Assembly (NCBI GenBank): GCA_050246815.1
Contig: JBFWVI010000019.1
Coordinates: forward strand, 1 to 55,482
DNA length: 55,482 nucleotides
Direction of reading: 5' to 3'
DNA from: Bdellovibrionales bacterium
GTDB lineage: Bacteria > Bdellovibrionota > Bdellovibrionia > Bdellovibrionales > UBA1609
Shown here piece after piece: positions 1 to 9,164 of this stretch. The translations under genes were made by a program, and so were the position numbers. The number at the start of each line of letters is the position of its first letter. The stretch's first letter is position 1. The notes below the pieces were generated by a model that worked only from the letters and a program-made list of their open reading frames with translations, had not been told where the DNA came from and did not search any database.

Positions 1-2
1 TC

Positions 3-1100
3 ATGGGTGAAGTTTTCGAAAAAAACAAAGACCGTAAGTCTGAAGACCGAGGCGTGGATCGGATGTTCCGCGGTTCGAATGAAATTTTAGGTGGCGGAGG
101 CTTCTTCATTCGTTTTGGCCAGCGTGACATCGGCCGCTTAACCTTTGACCAAACTTACACCGAGAACTTTATCACCTCAATGGATCGCGATGGTGTTTCG
201 CGCCACTTCTATATGCCGATCTACAATATCGACGATGGTTTTCGCGCTTTGGGTGGATTTTTTGAAGAAGAGGTCTCGCGCAGTGCAAGTGTACTGTTTG
301 AGACCGATGTCCAACAGAACTTTAAATCTTTTGGGGAGCTTTCGTTTTATCTGGAGTACAAAGACAAAAAATTTCTTTCTTCTGAAATTCGTAATTTGAA
401 AGATTTTCTTCGTAAGCGCTTGCCGCCTGAGCTCTATGACCGCATCAATTGGAAAGATTGGGCCAACAACAGCGACAAGAAAGAGGCTCGTGTAACTTCG
501 TTGTTGGTCTTTCGCCCGCAGTCGCTGGAATATGTGATGGGCATGAATGCGGCTCAGCTGTATCAGCGCTTTGTGGCCTACGGTGATCGGCTCCCCGAAA
601 TCGTGGCCAACCCGGACCGGACTTTACCCGGCAACGAAGATTCCTATCGCGACATCAGCCGCAAATTCAAAGATCGATTTTTGCACGATATCAATTATAT
701 TGTCTATGCTTTGGGTGTGACTTTTGATGACGCTCAGCCAACCAGGAAGCGAGCCGACACCTTCATTGGCATGCGCACCAACCCCTTATGGCAAGAAATT
801 GGTGGCGGGTTTTTGGTGCATTTGCTTGAGACTGAAGCCAAACGTAAAAAAGGTGAAAAGGGTATAGAAGAGCTTTTGAGCCACATCTATTACGAAACCA
901 CCTGGGAGGCGAAAAACGCCGATACGGTTCACGAAATCTTCGGATCTTGCAACAACCGGCGTCTTTACAAAGCGGTGATGTACATCTATTCCATCCTCAG
1001 CAATCGCGGTCAGGAAATGCGCCTGATCGACGATGATTACATTCCGGGATTGCCGGACAAAGCTAGAGAGATGGAGTGTGCCGACTTACAAGCGCGCTAA
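3..1100 (+). CDS. Hypothetical protein, probably the C-terminal part of a longer gene running in from before the window
   Basis: 365-aa ORF starting at the window edge, with protein-like composition; no recognised family motif. Confidence 0.7.
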   Translation: MGEVFEKNKDRKSEDRGVDRMFRGSNEILGGGGFFIRFGQRDIGRLTFDQTYTENFITSMDRDGVSRHFYMPIYNIDDGFRALGGFFEEEVSRSASVLFETDVQQNFKSFGELSFYLEYKDKKFLSSEIRNLKDFLRKRLPPELYDRINWKDWANNSDKKEARVTSLLVFRPQSLEYVMGMNAAQLYQRFVAYGDRLPEIVANPDRTLPGNEDSYRDISRKFKDRFLHDINYIVYALGVTFDDAQPTRKRADTFIGMRTNPLWQEIGGGFLVHLLETEAKRKKGEKGIEELLSHIYYETTWEAKNADTVHEIFGSCNNRRLYKAVMYIYSILSNRGQEMRLIDDDYIPGLPDKAREMECADLQAR

Positions 1101-1743
1101 TACCGATGGCCGGGACCAACAAGCGGTTCCGAGCCTGCACCTGCAACTTCATCGAGCTGTTGAACAGGCTAAACAACAGCATGGTCTGACTTTGGGCTCG
1201 CTGTTGCAGGCCTTGGGAGTGCATGGCGCGACATTGTTGATTTTGACTTTGTCTTTGCCGTTCTTGTTGCCGGTGCCTTTGCCGGGACTTTCAACACCAT
1301 TTGGATTTGCGATTTTAATTCTAGGATTTTCTATTCTTTGGACTCGTCCGCCATGGTTGCCCAGGTCATTAAGTCAGCTTCAGATTCCCGAGGCCACACT
1401 CGTGACCATCTTGAATAAAATCGAGCCGACACTTTACCGTCTTGAGCGTTGGCTAGTGCCGCGCCTATTGATTTTGACAAATACGCGTTTGGGTATCAGC
1501 TTTCACGGCTTCTTGATTATGTTTGCCGCGTTTTTACTCAGTTTGCCCGCACCCCCTGGGGGCAATATTGGGCCGGCGCTTTCGATTGTGTGTTTCTCTT
1601 TAGCTCTGTTGCAAAAAGACGGCGCTATGACAGCCTTAGGGCTTGTCATTTTGGGCGCCACCGTTTGGTTTTTCACTGAAATTATCTCTTGGGGAATCAG
1701 TTTTGCCGAAACTTGGTGGCAAAATCTGCCAGCCCTGATGTGA
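1078..1743 (+). CDS. exoD: ExoD-family exopolysaccharide synthesis membrane protein
   Basis: TLGSLLQALG, LPFLLPVPLPGLSTPFG, PWLP, LERWLVPRL, LPAPPGGN, LQKDG are ExoD-type motifs; start uncertain (GTG 1078 chosen; ORF track starts at 1033). Confidence 0.85.
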   Translation: MPTYKRANTDGRDQQAVPSLHLQLHRAVEQAKQQHGLTLGSLLQALGVHGATLLILTLSLPFLLPVPLPGLSTPFGFAILILGFSILWTRPPWLPRSLSQLQIPEATLVTILNKIEPTLYRLERWLVPRLLILTNTRLGISFHGFLIMFAAFLLSLPAPPGGNIGPALSIVCFSLALLQKDGAMTALGLVILGATVWFFTEIISWGISFAETWWQNLPALM

Positions 1744-1756
1744 GGGCTGCACTGAC

Positions 1757-2428
1757 TTAGCGGCGATTTTTGCTGCGTTCTTTAAGTAGCCGTCGGGCCT
1801 GGTCGGCTAAAAATGAGTTGTCTTGTTTTTGCAGATATCGCTGCAGAGGGCCGGGGCCTTGGGCCGGTTGATAATTGGCCAGGCCTTCAAGGGCCTGTGT
1901 GCGAATCATTAATTCCTCTGCGTAAAGCGGGGAGGACATGTCTTGCACCGTCAAGGGATCAAGGGCAATTCCCAACAGCGCGGGGGCGGCGTCTTGGTTA
2001 CGCGCCAAGGCCAGCAGATACACGCTTAGAAAGCGATGATCATTGTCCAGATCGTTGTTTAGGGCTGTGCGCTTGAGGGACTCGATATCCATTCGCTTGA
2101 GGCCGTGGGCCACGGCTTTCAAACGTTCAAAGGAGCGTTTTGGATCCGGATCCGGGCGTCCCACCTTTTGACTTTCGTGATAGACAAATTTTTCGATGGG
2201 CGAAAGGCGGCTTTCATCCACCATGGTCTTGGTTTTGCTTTGTGCTGTTCTTTTGGAGTTGGACTTCAGCGCCGCTGCGGACTGGGCGGCGGGCTGACGC
2301 TCTTCTTGTCTCGGCGGCAACTTGGGTTTGGTCGCCACCGCTAGGATCAAGACACCCACCATCAAAAACCCGGCGATCAGCGGTAGAAACCGCCGCCACC
2401 AAGTTGTTGTTTCAGGTATTAAACTCAT
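1757..2428 (-). CDS. Membrane-anchored hypothetical protein with HEAT-like helical repeats
   Basis: N-terminal TM (LPLIAGFLMVGVLILAVA); HEAT-like segments RFLSVYLLALA and IRTQALEGLA. Confidence 0.7.
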   Translation of the reverse strand: MSLIPETTTWWRRFLPLIAGFLMVGVLILAVATKPKLPPRQEERQPAAQSAAALKSNSKRTAQSKTKTMVDESRLSPIEKFVYHESQKVGRPDPDPKRSFERLKAVAHGLKRMDIESLKRTALNNDLDNDHRFLSVYLLALARNQDAAPALLGIALDPLTVQDMSSPLYAEELMIRTQALEGLANYQPAQGPGPLQRYLQKQDNSFLADQARRLLKERSKNRR

Positions 2429-2452
2429 TGATCCATTTTCTTAAATAAGTTT

Positions 2453-3787
2453 TTACAGTTCAAATGCGTTGTAAAGTGGCGCCTTAACCAGCTGCTGCAC
2501 CTTCCAACGAGCCATTGGAGTGTAAGCTTTGCCCGAGGCAACATCAAGGACTTGGCCCGATTGGTCAACCGACAAGTGCTGATTGTTCCATTTGACGAAG
2601 TCGACGACATTGCTGGCCCAGCGCTCACTGGTCAGAGCACCACGGCGCAAAGTACCGGGTTCTAAAGCATGAACTTCCCCCTGGCTGTTCACGGTGAATA
2701 AGCCCTCCTGTCCGTTCGGGGCGGTGGTGACCAGGGCGACCACATCGCTGGCATTGACGGGGTTCGACCAGCGGCCTTCACTGTAGACATAGCCATGCAA
2801 TTTACCGGTTTTGGTTAGGGCCACTAAGAAGCGGCGATTGTTGACGTCCACTTCTTGCATGTCGGCCACACCGCTCAAGCGCCCGTCCAATAAGAGCTTG
2901 TAGTAAGAGTACTCATCACCAAGTAATCCTGATTGCGAGCTGTACAGGTCCACTGCCAACGCTTGATCGTCTTTGTAGAAGGTGGCGCCAAAAGAGGTGC
3001 GTTTTAGACGATAGTCTTCAGCACCGGGAAGATGGGCGACTTGCGCTTCACCATTGTCATCGATCACCACAACCTCTTCACCCGCTTGGGCGACCAGGCC
3101 TTCACGCTGTTGCATGGGGTCTTGGTTGAAAACAAAGTTGGCACGGCCCAAATTCATCAGACGGGCCATTTGTTTATAGACCGGGTGGAAGTTTTGGCCC
3201 TGCAGCACCACTCGCGAATAATACTCCATCTCGACACCGTGAGATCCCTGCTGAGCCAGCGAGGTGTCGCAGCCCGACATGAAGGCGCCTTTGTAAGGGC
3301 CTTGAGTGCATTGAGTATGGCTGTAACCTTCGGTATGGCGAGCTTCATGGATAAGGGTGCCGACCCGGCCCAGCGTCGACAGTTTGGCCCAGCCATCTTG
3401 CATCGTGAAGTAGCCGCCCGAGTTGTAGGCGGTGGCCGTGGGCATATCGTGGCCGCGGCGCACGCCGGCGGTTTGTTCTTTCAGCCAGCCGAAATAATTT
3501 CGTGTCGGGATGACGTCGCGTATAAACATATTTCGTTGTGTTCCGCTGAACTGGCCTTCTTCAACAATCTGCAGATCGTTAAAAAGCTTTTTGCTGTCAA
3601 CATTGGCATTACAAAGTTCCATGCCGCCGAACGAATTTAGATTGATATTGAAATCATTGACATAGGCCTCGGCCCGGTTTCGTTCTATACAGCCGAAATC
3701 CTGATCGCGCGCGGGCAGATCTGTGGCCTGAGCCACTCCAACCGCGGCGAAGAGTGTCGCCAAAAATACCTGACTGAAAAATCCCAT
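2453..3787 (-). CDS. Secreted putative zinc metalloprotease (metzincin motif) with beta-rich C-terminal domain
   Basis: Signal peptide MGFFSQVFLATLFAAVGVAQA after a GAGGGGG RBS; HEARHTEGYSH matches HExxHxxGxxH. Confidence 0.7.
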   Translation of the reverse strand: MGFFSQVFLATLFAAVGVAQATDLPARDQDFGCIERNRAEAYVNDFNINLNSFGGMELCNANVDSKKLFNDLQIVEEGQFSGTQRNMFIRDVIPTRNYFGWLKEQTAGVRRGHDMPTATAYNSGGYFTMQDGWAKLSTLGRVGTLIHEARHTEGYSHTQCTQGPYKGAFMSGCDTSLAQQGSHGVEMEYYSRVVLQGQNFHPVYKQMARLMNLGRANFVFNQDPMQQREGLVAQAGEEVVVIDDNGEAQVAHLPGAEDYRLKRTSFGATFYKDDQALAVDLYSSQSGLLGDEYSYYKLLLDGRLSGVADMQEVDVNNRRFLVALTKTGKLHGYVYSEGRWSNPVNASDVVALVTTAPNGQEGLFTVNSQGEVHALEPGTLRRGALTSERWASNVVDFVKWNNQHLSVDQSGQVLDVASGKAYTPMARWKVQQLVKAPLYNAFEL

Positions 3788-4014
3788 TTTATTCCCCCTC
3801 ATATCGCCATCAATGGCTGGCCTGTAAGCATTGCAATGAAACAAGTTCACAACAATGAAAAAAGGTTCGACATTCCTTGGCAAAATCGGACTGAGGATCT
3901 GCATGGAAGTTGGGCAAAATTTATTAAATAATTGAAATCACTAAATATTAACCAAAAATAACTCCCGCTTATAACGCGCTGAGCCGAAAAGTTTAAGGTG
4001 AGGGAGGGTCGTTT

Positions 4015-4362
4015 ATGGCGCTCTTAGCGGGACGTATCTTCATGGTTCTAACGGTTTTGCTGACTGGCTCGCCAGTGGCGGCCTTAGATTTTGATAAAGA
4101 AATTAACAAACAGGAGCGGGCGGTGAAGGTGCGTTACAATCGCCCACCCCGTTCCTTGGCTTACTTTTTAAGACACTATAGCGCGTGCAAGGTCCATATG
4201 GGCCAAGCCCGCAGCCGTTGCAATGTCCAGGAGGCCAAGCGCCGTTACACGGCGTACTCCATTCGCTGGCAAGATAAAATGCGTGAGCGCGAGCGTATGG
4301 CCAACGTAGCTGCAGGAGACATGAAAGTCTCGTTACAGCCAAAGGCTTCTGAATCATACTGA
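4015..4362 (+). CDS. Small secreted hypothetical protein
   Basis: GGGAGGG RBS, signal peptide ending in VAA, 115 aa. Confidence 0.65.
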   Translation: MALLAGRIFMVLTVLLTGSPVAALDFDKEINKQERAVKVRYNRPPRSLAYFLRHYSACKVHMGQARSRCNVQEAKRRYTAYSIRWQDKMRERERMANVAAGDMKVSLQPKASESY

Positions 4363-4489
4363 GACTCGAACGGGGATTAGCGTCAATGGCGGCCAGCATA
4401 GACGGCCAACATTGAGCGATTCTGTTTTGAACAGGCGGCGGAATTTGTTAAATTTTTGCTTCACGTTTCAAAGTGAGGCTTTCGCCATT

Positions 4490-4517
4490 TAAGTCGGCGC
4501 GCTTCTGACGCCGATAA
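4490..4517 (+). promoter_or_regulatory. Putative sigma28 (FliA) promoter
   Basis: TAAG-N16-GCCGATAA ending 9 nt before the ATG of the FliG-C gene; perfect FliA -10 element. Confidence 0.65.
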
Positions 4518-4526
4518 GCTATTACG

Positions 4527-5270
4527 ATGGGACACTTAGACCGTTACAAAAAAGCGGGCGGCTTTTCACAGCTTCTGCAGCTGATTGAGTCCTTCGCTTC
4601 GGCAAAGCAAGAGAAATTCCTGGCACTGATTGAGGAAGAAAATCCGGTGTGGGCCAAGGCCCTGCGCGAAAAAATGCTGACCGTGGCGCGCATCAGCACT
4701 TGGCCGCCGGCCACATTGGCCGAGATTTTCCCCCACATGAACACCAATTTAATCGCCATTGCCTTTCACGGCATGAAGCCCGAGCAGGTGGAGCATTTTC
4801 TATCCGGGCTTCCGGCCGGAGAGAAACGCAAAATTCAAAATGAATTCGATATCGTCAAGCCGCAGCCGCAAGACATCGCGACCACTCATTATAAAATGGT
4901 GGAGGCTGTTCGGCGCCTGGTCAACGAGGGCAGTATGCGCCTTGAAACCATTGATCCCAGTGCCGTGGTGAACGAAAAAACCGAAGAAGCCCTGCTTCGT
5001 GCCGCGAACAACGTGCGCGGAGAAACCGCTCAAGCCGCAGCAGAAGCGGAAGGTGAAATTGGCCGTGAGGTTGAGCGACCCGCCGCAGATTTGGTGAAAG
5101 AAGCAGTGCGAGGCAACTCTTCAAGCGTCGGGGGAGCCTCGGCGGCAACTGCCGCTTCCGATGCAAAATCGCAAGCATTGGTCGTGACTCTGCAAAAAGA
5201 GATCAAAACATTACGAGCCGAAGTCAAAGTCCTAAAAGACAAGCTAGAAGCCATCCGCAAAATCGCTTAA
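4527..5270 (+). CDS. Orphan FliG C-terminal domain protein with C-terminal coiled coil
   Basis: FliG-C-like sequence ALREKMLT..IAIAFHGM..EHFLSGLP..KMVEAVRRLVNEGSM; coiled tail LQKEIKTLRAEVKVLKDKL. Confidence 0.8.
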   Translation: MGHLDRYKKAGGFSQLLQLIESFASAKQEKFLALIEEENPVWAKALREKMLTVARISTWPPATLAEIFPHMNTNLIAIAFHGMKPEQVEHFLSGLPAGEKRKIQNEFDIVKPQPQDIATTHYKMVEAVRRLVNEGSMRLETIDPSAVVNEKTEEALLRAANNVRGETAQAAAEAEGEIGREVERPAADLVKEAVRGNSSSVGGASAATAASDAKSQALVVTLQKEIKTLRAEVKVLKDKLEAIRKIA

Positions 5271-5289
5271 GGTGCCTGGCACCTTTTGG
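5269..5289 (+). terminator. Palindromic hairpin followed by a T-run, a likely terminator or REP-like element
   Basis: AAGGTGCC-T-GGCACCTT perfect palindrome at 5269-5285 overlapping the stop codon, in a convergent intergenic gap. Confidence 0.55.
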
Positions 5290-5345
5290 TTTAGCTTTGC
5301 GTCATGAGACTTTATGGGGGCTTGAGTCGTGGAGTTTGACCTGCT

Positions 5346-6098
5346 TTAGCGACTGGGCTCGATTGTGATTTGAAGCGGCCAATGTTCTTCTGGCACCGGG
5401 ATTTCGGGCTTGAAGGTTCGGACCTGATCTCGACTGATCTTCCAGCCTTTTAGGCCATCGTAAAAATCTTTTTCAAGCAGGATCATCTCGCGAAATGATT
5501 CAATTCCGTCCTGCAAAACTGTTCCTCGACAAGCTTGACCGGTCGGCGTTGTGCAGTCCAGTTGATGGGAGACCAGCCAGTTGGTTTGCAAAAAGCGCTC
5601 GCTGACCTTTTCGATTTCTTCTTGCGGACGTGAAATTCCGAAATCGCCGATCGCTACGACTAAATCGGTTTTTGGCAAGCGGGCGGCGACTTTGTTGAGT
5701 TGGCTTAAGATTCTGTTGTGAATGTCTGGGAATCGATCGCGCGGGGGCAACTGGACGGTCAGCACTTGAAGCTTGCGGCGGTCGGGCAGTTTGACAGGGG
5801 TTTGTTGAATTATGAACTCCTTGATCGTGGCGACGGTTTTACTTTGGGAGTGAGGCAGCGAGGTGAGCACACGAGTGGCCGAACCATTGCCCGTGGATTC
5901 GAGCAGGACAGTGATGTCTGCAGCTGCAGTGGCTTCAAGAATTTTGTTTTTTTTAAGATTGGCCACCAAAATGGTCAAGCCCGAGTTGGATTTAACGACT
6001 GGCGCTGGAGGTATTGTAGGTTGGGTTTTTAAAGGGGTGCGACACGCGCTTAAGCCTGAAGCCAAGATCACGCTGAAAATCAAACGCCCAAAAAACAT
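5346..6098 (-). CDS. Lipoprotein with degenerate endonuclease/exonuclease/phosphatase (EEP)-like domain
   Basis: GGAGG RBS, lipobox LSAC; LTILVANL, VVAIGDFG, EHWPL resemble EEP motifs. Confidence 0.6.
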   Translation of the reverse strand: MFFGRLIFSVILASGLSACRTPLKTQPTIPPAPVVKSNSGLTILVANLKKNKILEATAAADITVLLESTGNGSATRVLTSLPHSQSKTVATIKEFIIQQTPVKLPDRRKLQVLTVQLPPRDRFPDIHNRILSQLNKVAARLPKTDLVVAIGDFGISRPQEEIEKVSERFLQTNWLVSHQLDCTTPTGQACRGTVLQDGIESFREMILLEKDFYDGLKGWKISRDQVRTFKPEIPVPEEHWPLQITIEPSR

Positions 6099-6153
6099 AA
6101 GGCCTCCCGTCGCAGAAGGCCTTAAGCTGATCATCCCCGAGATCAGAAGTCAG

Positions 6154-7368
6154 TTATTTTCTCTTCACGGTGTCTTCTATGCGGTGCGAAGACGCGCGGG
6201 TCGGATCCACCGGTTCGAAGTTGATGTTGATCGAAGCGCCTGGCTGATGTGGCCACTTGGCAGCGCCGCGAATGACGATTTCTTTGGTTTCACCGTCATA
6301 AGTCCAGCCTTCATACTGGCTGACCGGAATCACTTCGCGGCCATAATTCACCTGAATTTTGTCCACCACGGGCAGGCGATCTTGGCCGGATTTGTCTTTG
6401 AGGCTGATGCGGATTTCACCCAAGGTGCGATCTTGGATCATCTTGCCGATTTGAAGCAATTGCGTTCCGTAATCACCGCAGATGTTTAAAATTTTACCGC
6501 GTGTGCGGTTCATCAGCTCTTCGATTTTAAGTGGAGGACCGGCAGGGTCGCGCGGGCAGTTCAAGCGCTGATTGCTGGGATTGACGATCGCAAACAAAGA
6601 GAAATTGTCGCGACCCTTCAGATCCGCCAGAAATTGGTGCATATGACTGGCGCTGATGTCACTCGCATCGTTTGCGTCCGTGATGTAGACGATCACGAGG
6701 TGGGATTCACGGCCCGGGCGCAAAAAGCCTTTGTTCCATGCGTTCGCAACGGGTTCTGTTAAGGCCGCAATGACCGGGCTGAACACCTCTTCGTATTCAG
6801 GTCCCATGGCGTCGTGCTTTTCGTCGGTTTTGCTATGATATTCGGCAATCCCGACATTCAAGGTCTCGCGCAAGATTTCGACGAAGTCATCGCCTTTGGC
6901 TACAAAGTTCCCGGCCTGTTTACTCAATGAGGCCTCTTTGCCAGCGGGAGCTTTCAAAGAGCGTAAATGGCCGATCGGCTCGAACAAGGGCTTTTTGTCA
7001 CGACCGATGGCGGGAACAATGCCAGCGCCAGTCACTTTATTTTGTTCGACGTCATAGTGGCCATAGCGACGTGAGTCCCAAACCGTGGTCACGCCGATAT
7101 GAAAATCCAACAGATTATTTTTACCGATACCCTCAACGAAGCGATTTATGTTCTGAGTTAAATTGGCGATATGAGGTTTCATGCTGCCGGAATTGTCGAT
7201 CACGAATAAAACATCGACGCGCGGATTGATTTCGATCTTCACGCCTTCGGCTGAATTGCTTTCAACGCCGTAATTCACCGGCGCCGGGTTCAAAGTGTCG
7301 CTATCACTTTGGCAAGCGACCATATTCCAGCTGATCAGCAGCAGCACGGCGGTGAGTGTCTTTTTCAT
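6154..7368 (-). CDS. vWA-domain lipoprotein, CglB-like adhesin of the gliding cluster
   Basis: Lipobox MVAC; MIDAS motif DVLFVIDNSGSM; IVYITDAND; ATGA overlap with the upstream gltC-like gene. Confidence 0.8.
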   Translation of the reverse strand: MKKTLTAVLLLISWNMVACQSDSDTLNPAPVNYGVESNSAEGVKIEINPRVDVLFVIDNSGSMKPHIANLTQNINRFVEGIGKNNLLDFHIGVTTVWDSRRYGHYDVEQNKVTGAGIVPAIGRDKKPLFEPIGHLRSLKAPAGKEASLSKQAGNFVAKGDDFVEILRETLNVGIAEYHSKTDEKHDAMGPEYEEVFSPVIAALTEPVANAWNKGFLRPGRESHLVIVYITDANDASDISASHMHQFLADLKGRDNFSLFAIVNPSNQRLNCPRDPAGPPLKIEELMNRTRGKILNICGDYGTQLLQIGKMIQDRTLGEIRISLKDKSGQDRLPVVDKIQVNYGREVIPVSQYEGWTYDGETKEIVIRGAAKWPHQPGASININFEPVDPTRASSHRIEDTVKRK

Positions 7369-8459
7369 AACTTTGCCTCTTTCATTTGCGGGCATGACTT
7401 CACGCTGGCTTGGTAGCTGTCGATTTCATCTAGCCACAGCTCACCTTTTTGCGACTCATCGTTGTAAGGGAAAGTCAAAATATTCGGGTCTGAACTCGTG
7501 GTCTGCACTTCTGGGCGTTCGCCCTTTAGGCTTTCATCCAGGTACATGCGTTGGATGACTTCGGCTTCAATGATATGCATTTTTTGGATCACGGCGCTGT
7601 ACTCGCTCAGCTCAGCTTTGGCCAAAGCTTGCAGGCGAGTCACGATTTCATCGCGTACTTTTTTAAGGCGAACTTCGGGGGATTTGTTTTTCTTTAGGTT
7701 CTGGATCGAAGTCACGTGGCGGCGTAAGAACTCATCTCGCCAAAAAAAACGAGGCAAAGCGGTCGCTTCTTTGGCGTAAGCCAAGAAATTCATTTCACCG
7801 CTTTCCAGGCGTGGGATCACCGTGCCAATTTGCGAGTTGGTCCCAGTTTTAACCAACTGTTCAAGCTGGGCAATTCGATCGCCGTGACGTTTTTTAAAGG
7901 TCTTGCCGTTTTTGAAGATGGCATTGTAGTCACAAGTCTTCAGTGCGTTGTAGTTGGCGGCGAAATAACTTTCAGGCCCGACCCAAGTGGAGAAGACCGG
8001 AGAAAACAAGGTCGTCAATTTGGCCGTGGCGCGCTCGGGTTCATTCAAGCGGATGTACGACCAAGCTTCTTCTTCGATGGCTTCAAACCAATATTCCGAA
8101 GTCTTTGGGACTTCTTGATAGGCTTCGACGGCGTCGTCAAATTTACCTTGCTGGAATAAAATCCGGCCGCGAGTCAGGCTGATCTGGTCTTGCCCGATCA
8201 CACTTTGTTTGCTGCTTTGCAGTTGCTTTAGAATTTTTAAAGCAGCCGTGACATAATTCAACTGGGGTGCATTTAAGGCATATTGCCAGCGCAGCCAAGC
8301 CTTTTCAGCGGAGCTTTTGCCTGGTCTGTCGATCTCTTTTTTCAAAGAGGCGAGCTCTTTGGTGTTTTTGACCAGATAAGATGGAAAGGTGGCGGTCGAC
8401 GCCAACGCCGAAGACGTAAACGCAAGCAGGGCGATTATCGCGGACCACCGGTATTTCAT
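7365..8459 (-). CDS. gltC: GltC-like TPR protein
   Basis: Signal peptide; TPR (GRILFQQGKFDDAVEAY..YWFEAIEEEAWSY); C-terminal GELWLDEIDSY..SC resembles the GltC motif. Confidence 0.7.
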   Translation of the reverse strand: MKYRWSAIIALLAFTSSALASTATFPSYLVKNTKELASLKKEIDRPGKSSAEKAWLRWQYALNAPQLNYVTAALKILKQLQSSKQSVIGQDQISLTRGRILFQQGKFDDAVEAYQEVPKTSEYWFEAIEEEAWSYIRLNEPERATAKLTTLFSPVFSTWVGPESYFAANYNALKTCDYNAIFKNGKTFKKRHGDRIAQLEQLVKTGTNSQIGTVIPRLESGEMNFLAYAKEATALPRFFWRDEFLRRHVTSIQNLKKNKSPEVRLKKVRDEIVTRLQALAKAELSEYSAVIQKMHIIEAEVIQRMYLDESLKGERPEVQTTSSDPNILTFPYNDESQKGELWLDEIDSYQASVKSCPQMKEAKL

Positions 8460-9160
8460 AACAAGAACCCCAAAGTTGCCGAAATCACGGTCAGGTCCAG
8501 CTGACGCGGACCTGTGTAGATTTCGTCTTCGTATGTTTGATAGCGCACTTCAAGGCGTGTGCTGAAGTGCTGAGTCATCCAAAAGCCAAGGCCTGCCCCT
8601 GCGGTGTAGGTCGGAGCCATGCCTGAACGCAATTTAACTTGTCCCGCGCCCGCCAACAAATAAACGTCGAATTGGGCGATGCCAAAGTCAAAAAGACTTA
8701 GTTTGCCGTACATTGGATACCAGTTGATCACGCCAAGGTAAGTGTCCGAAGCGTAGTCAATGTCAGGGCGTTCGTAGTAAGTACCTGCGGCGCGAGCGGC
8801 CTGAGCCGATTCAAATACGCGCTTACCTTCGCTGCTCAAAGTGTTTGAGGAGTTGTAATAGCGTGCGCCGATCGACCAACGTGGGTTGACGTGAAAGTCC
8901 AAATTCACGCCTAAATTGTTGGTGCTGACATAAGGATCGCCACCGGCCACGCCTCCATAGTTGACACCCAGTTCAAGACGTAAATCGCGATCCACGGTGC
9001 GGTTTTGTACAACACGAACTTTATTTTTTGGATCCAGGCCGCGAGCGCGGCGAATCAATTCGCGGTTACCGCCAAGACCGTTCATTTCATCGGAAACATC
9101 GGCGAAGGAGGTTTGTCCTGTCGCCAAAAGGGCTGCGAAGATTAAAAGTAGGTGCTTCAC
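8456..9160 (-). CDS. Outer-membrane beta-barrel, GltA/GltB/GltH-like
   Basis: Signal peptide; VRVVQNR, WYPMYGKLSLF, FDVYLLAGAG typical of Glt barrels; terminal LGFLL. Confidence 0.75.
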   Translation of the reverse strand: MKHLLLIFAALLATGQTSFADVSDEMNGLGGNRELIRRARGLDPKNKVRVVQNRTVDRDLRLELGVNYGGVAGGDPYVSTNNLGVNLDFHVNPRWSIGARYYNSSNTLSSEGKRVFESAQAARAAGTYYERPDIDYASDTYLGVINWYPMYGKLSLFDFGIAQFDVYLLAGAGQVKLRSGMAPTYTAGAGLGFWMTQHFSTRLEVRYQTYEDEIYTGPRQLDLTVISATLGFLL

Positions 9161-9164
9161 GACA

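Noticed and set aside
4363..4489. Possible riboswitch or ncRNA (several short stems)
   Set aside because: No recognisable c-di-GMP or other aptamer consensus, and it lies upstream of the sigma28 promoter so is not in that leader; an Infernal/Rfam scan would settle it
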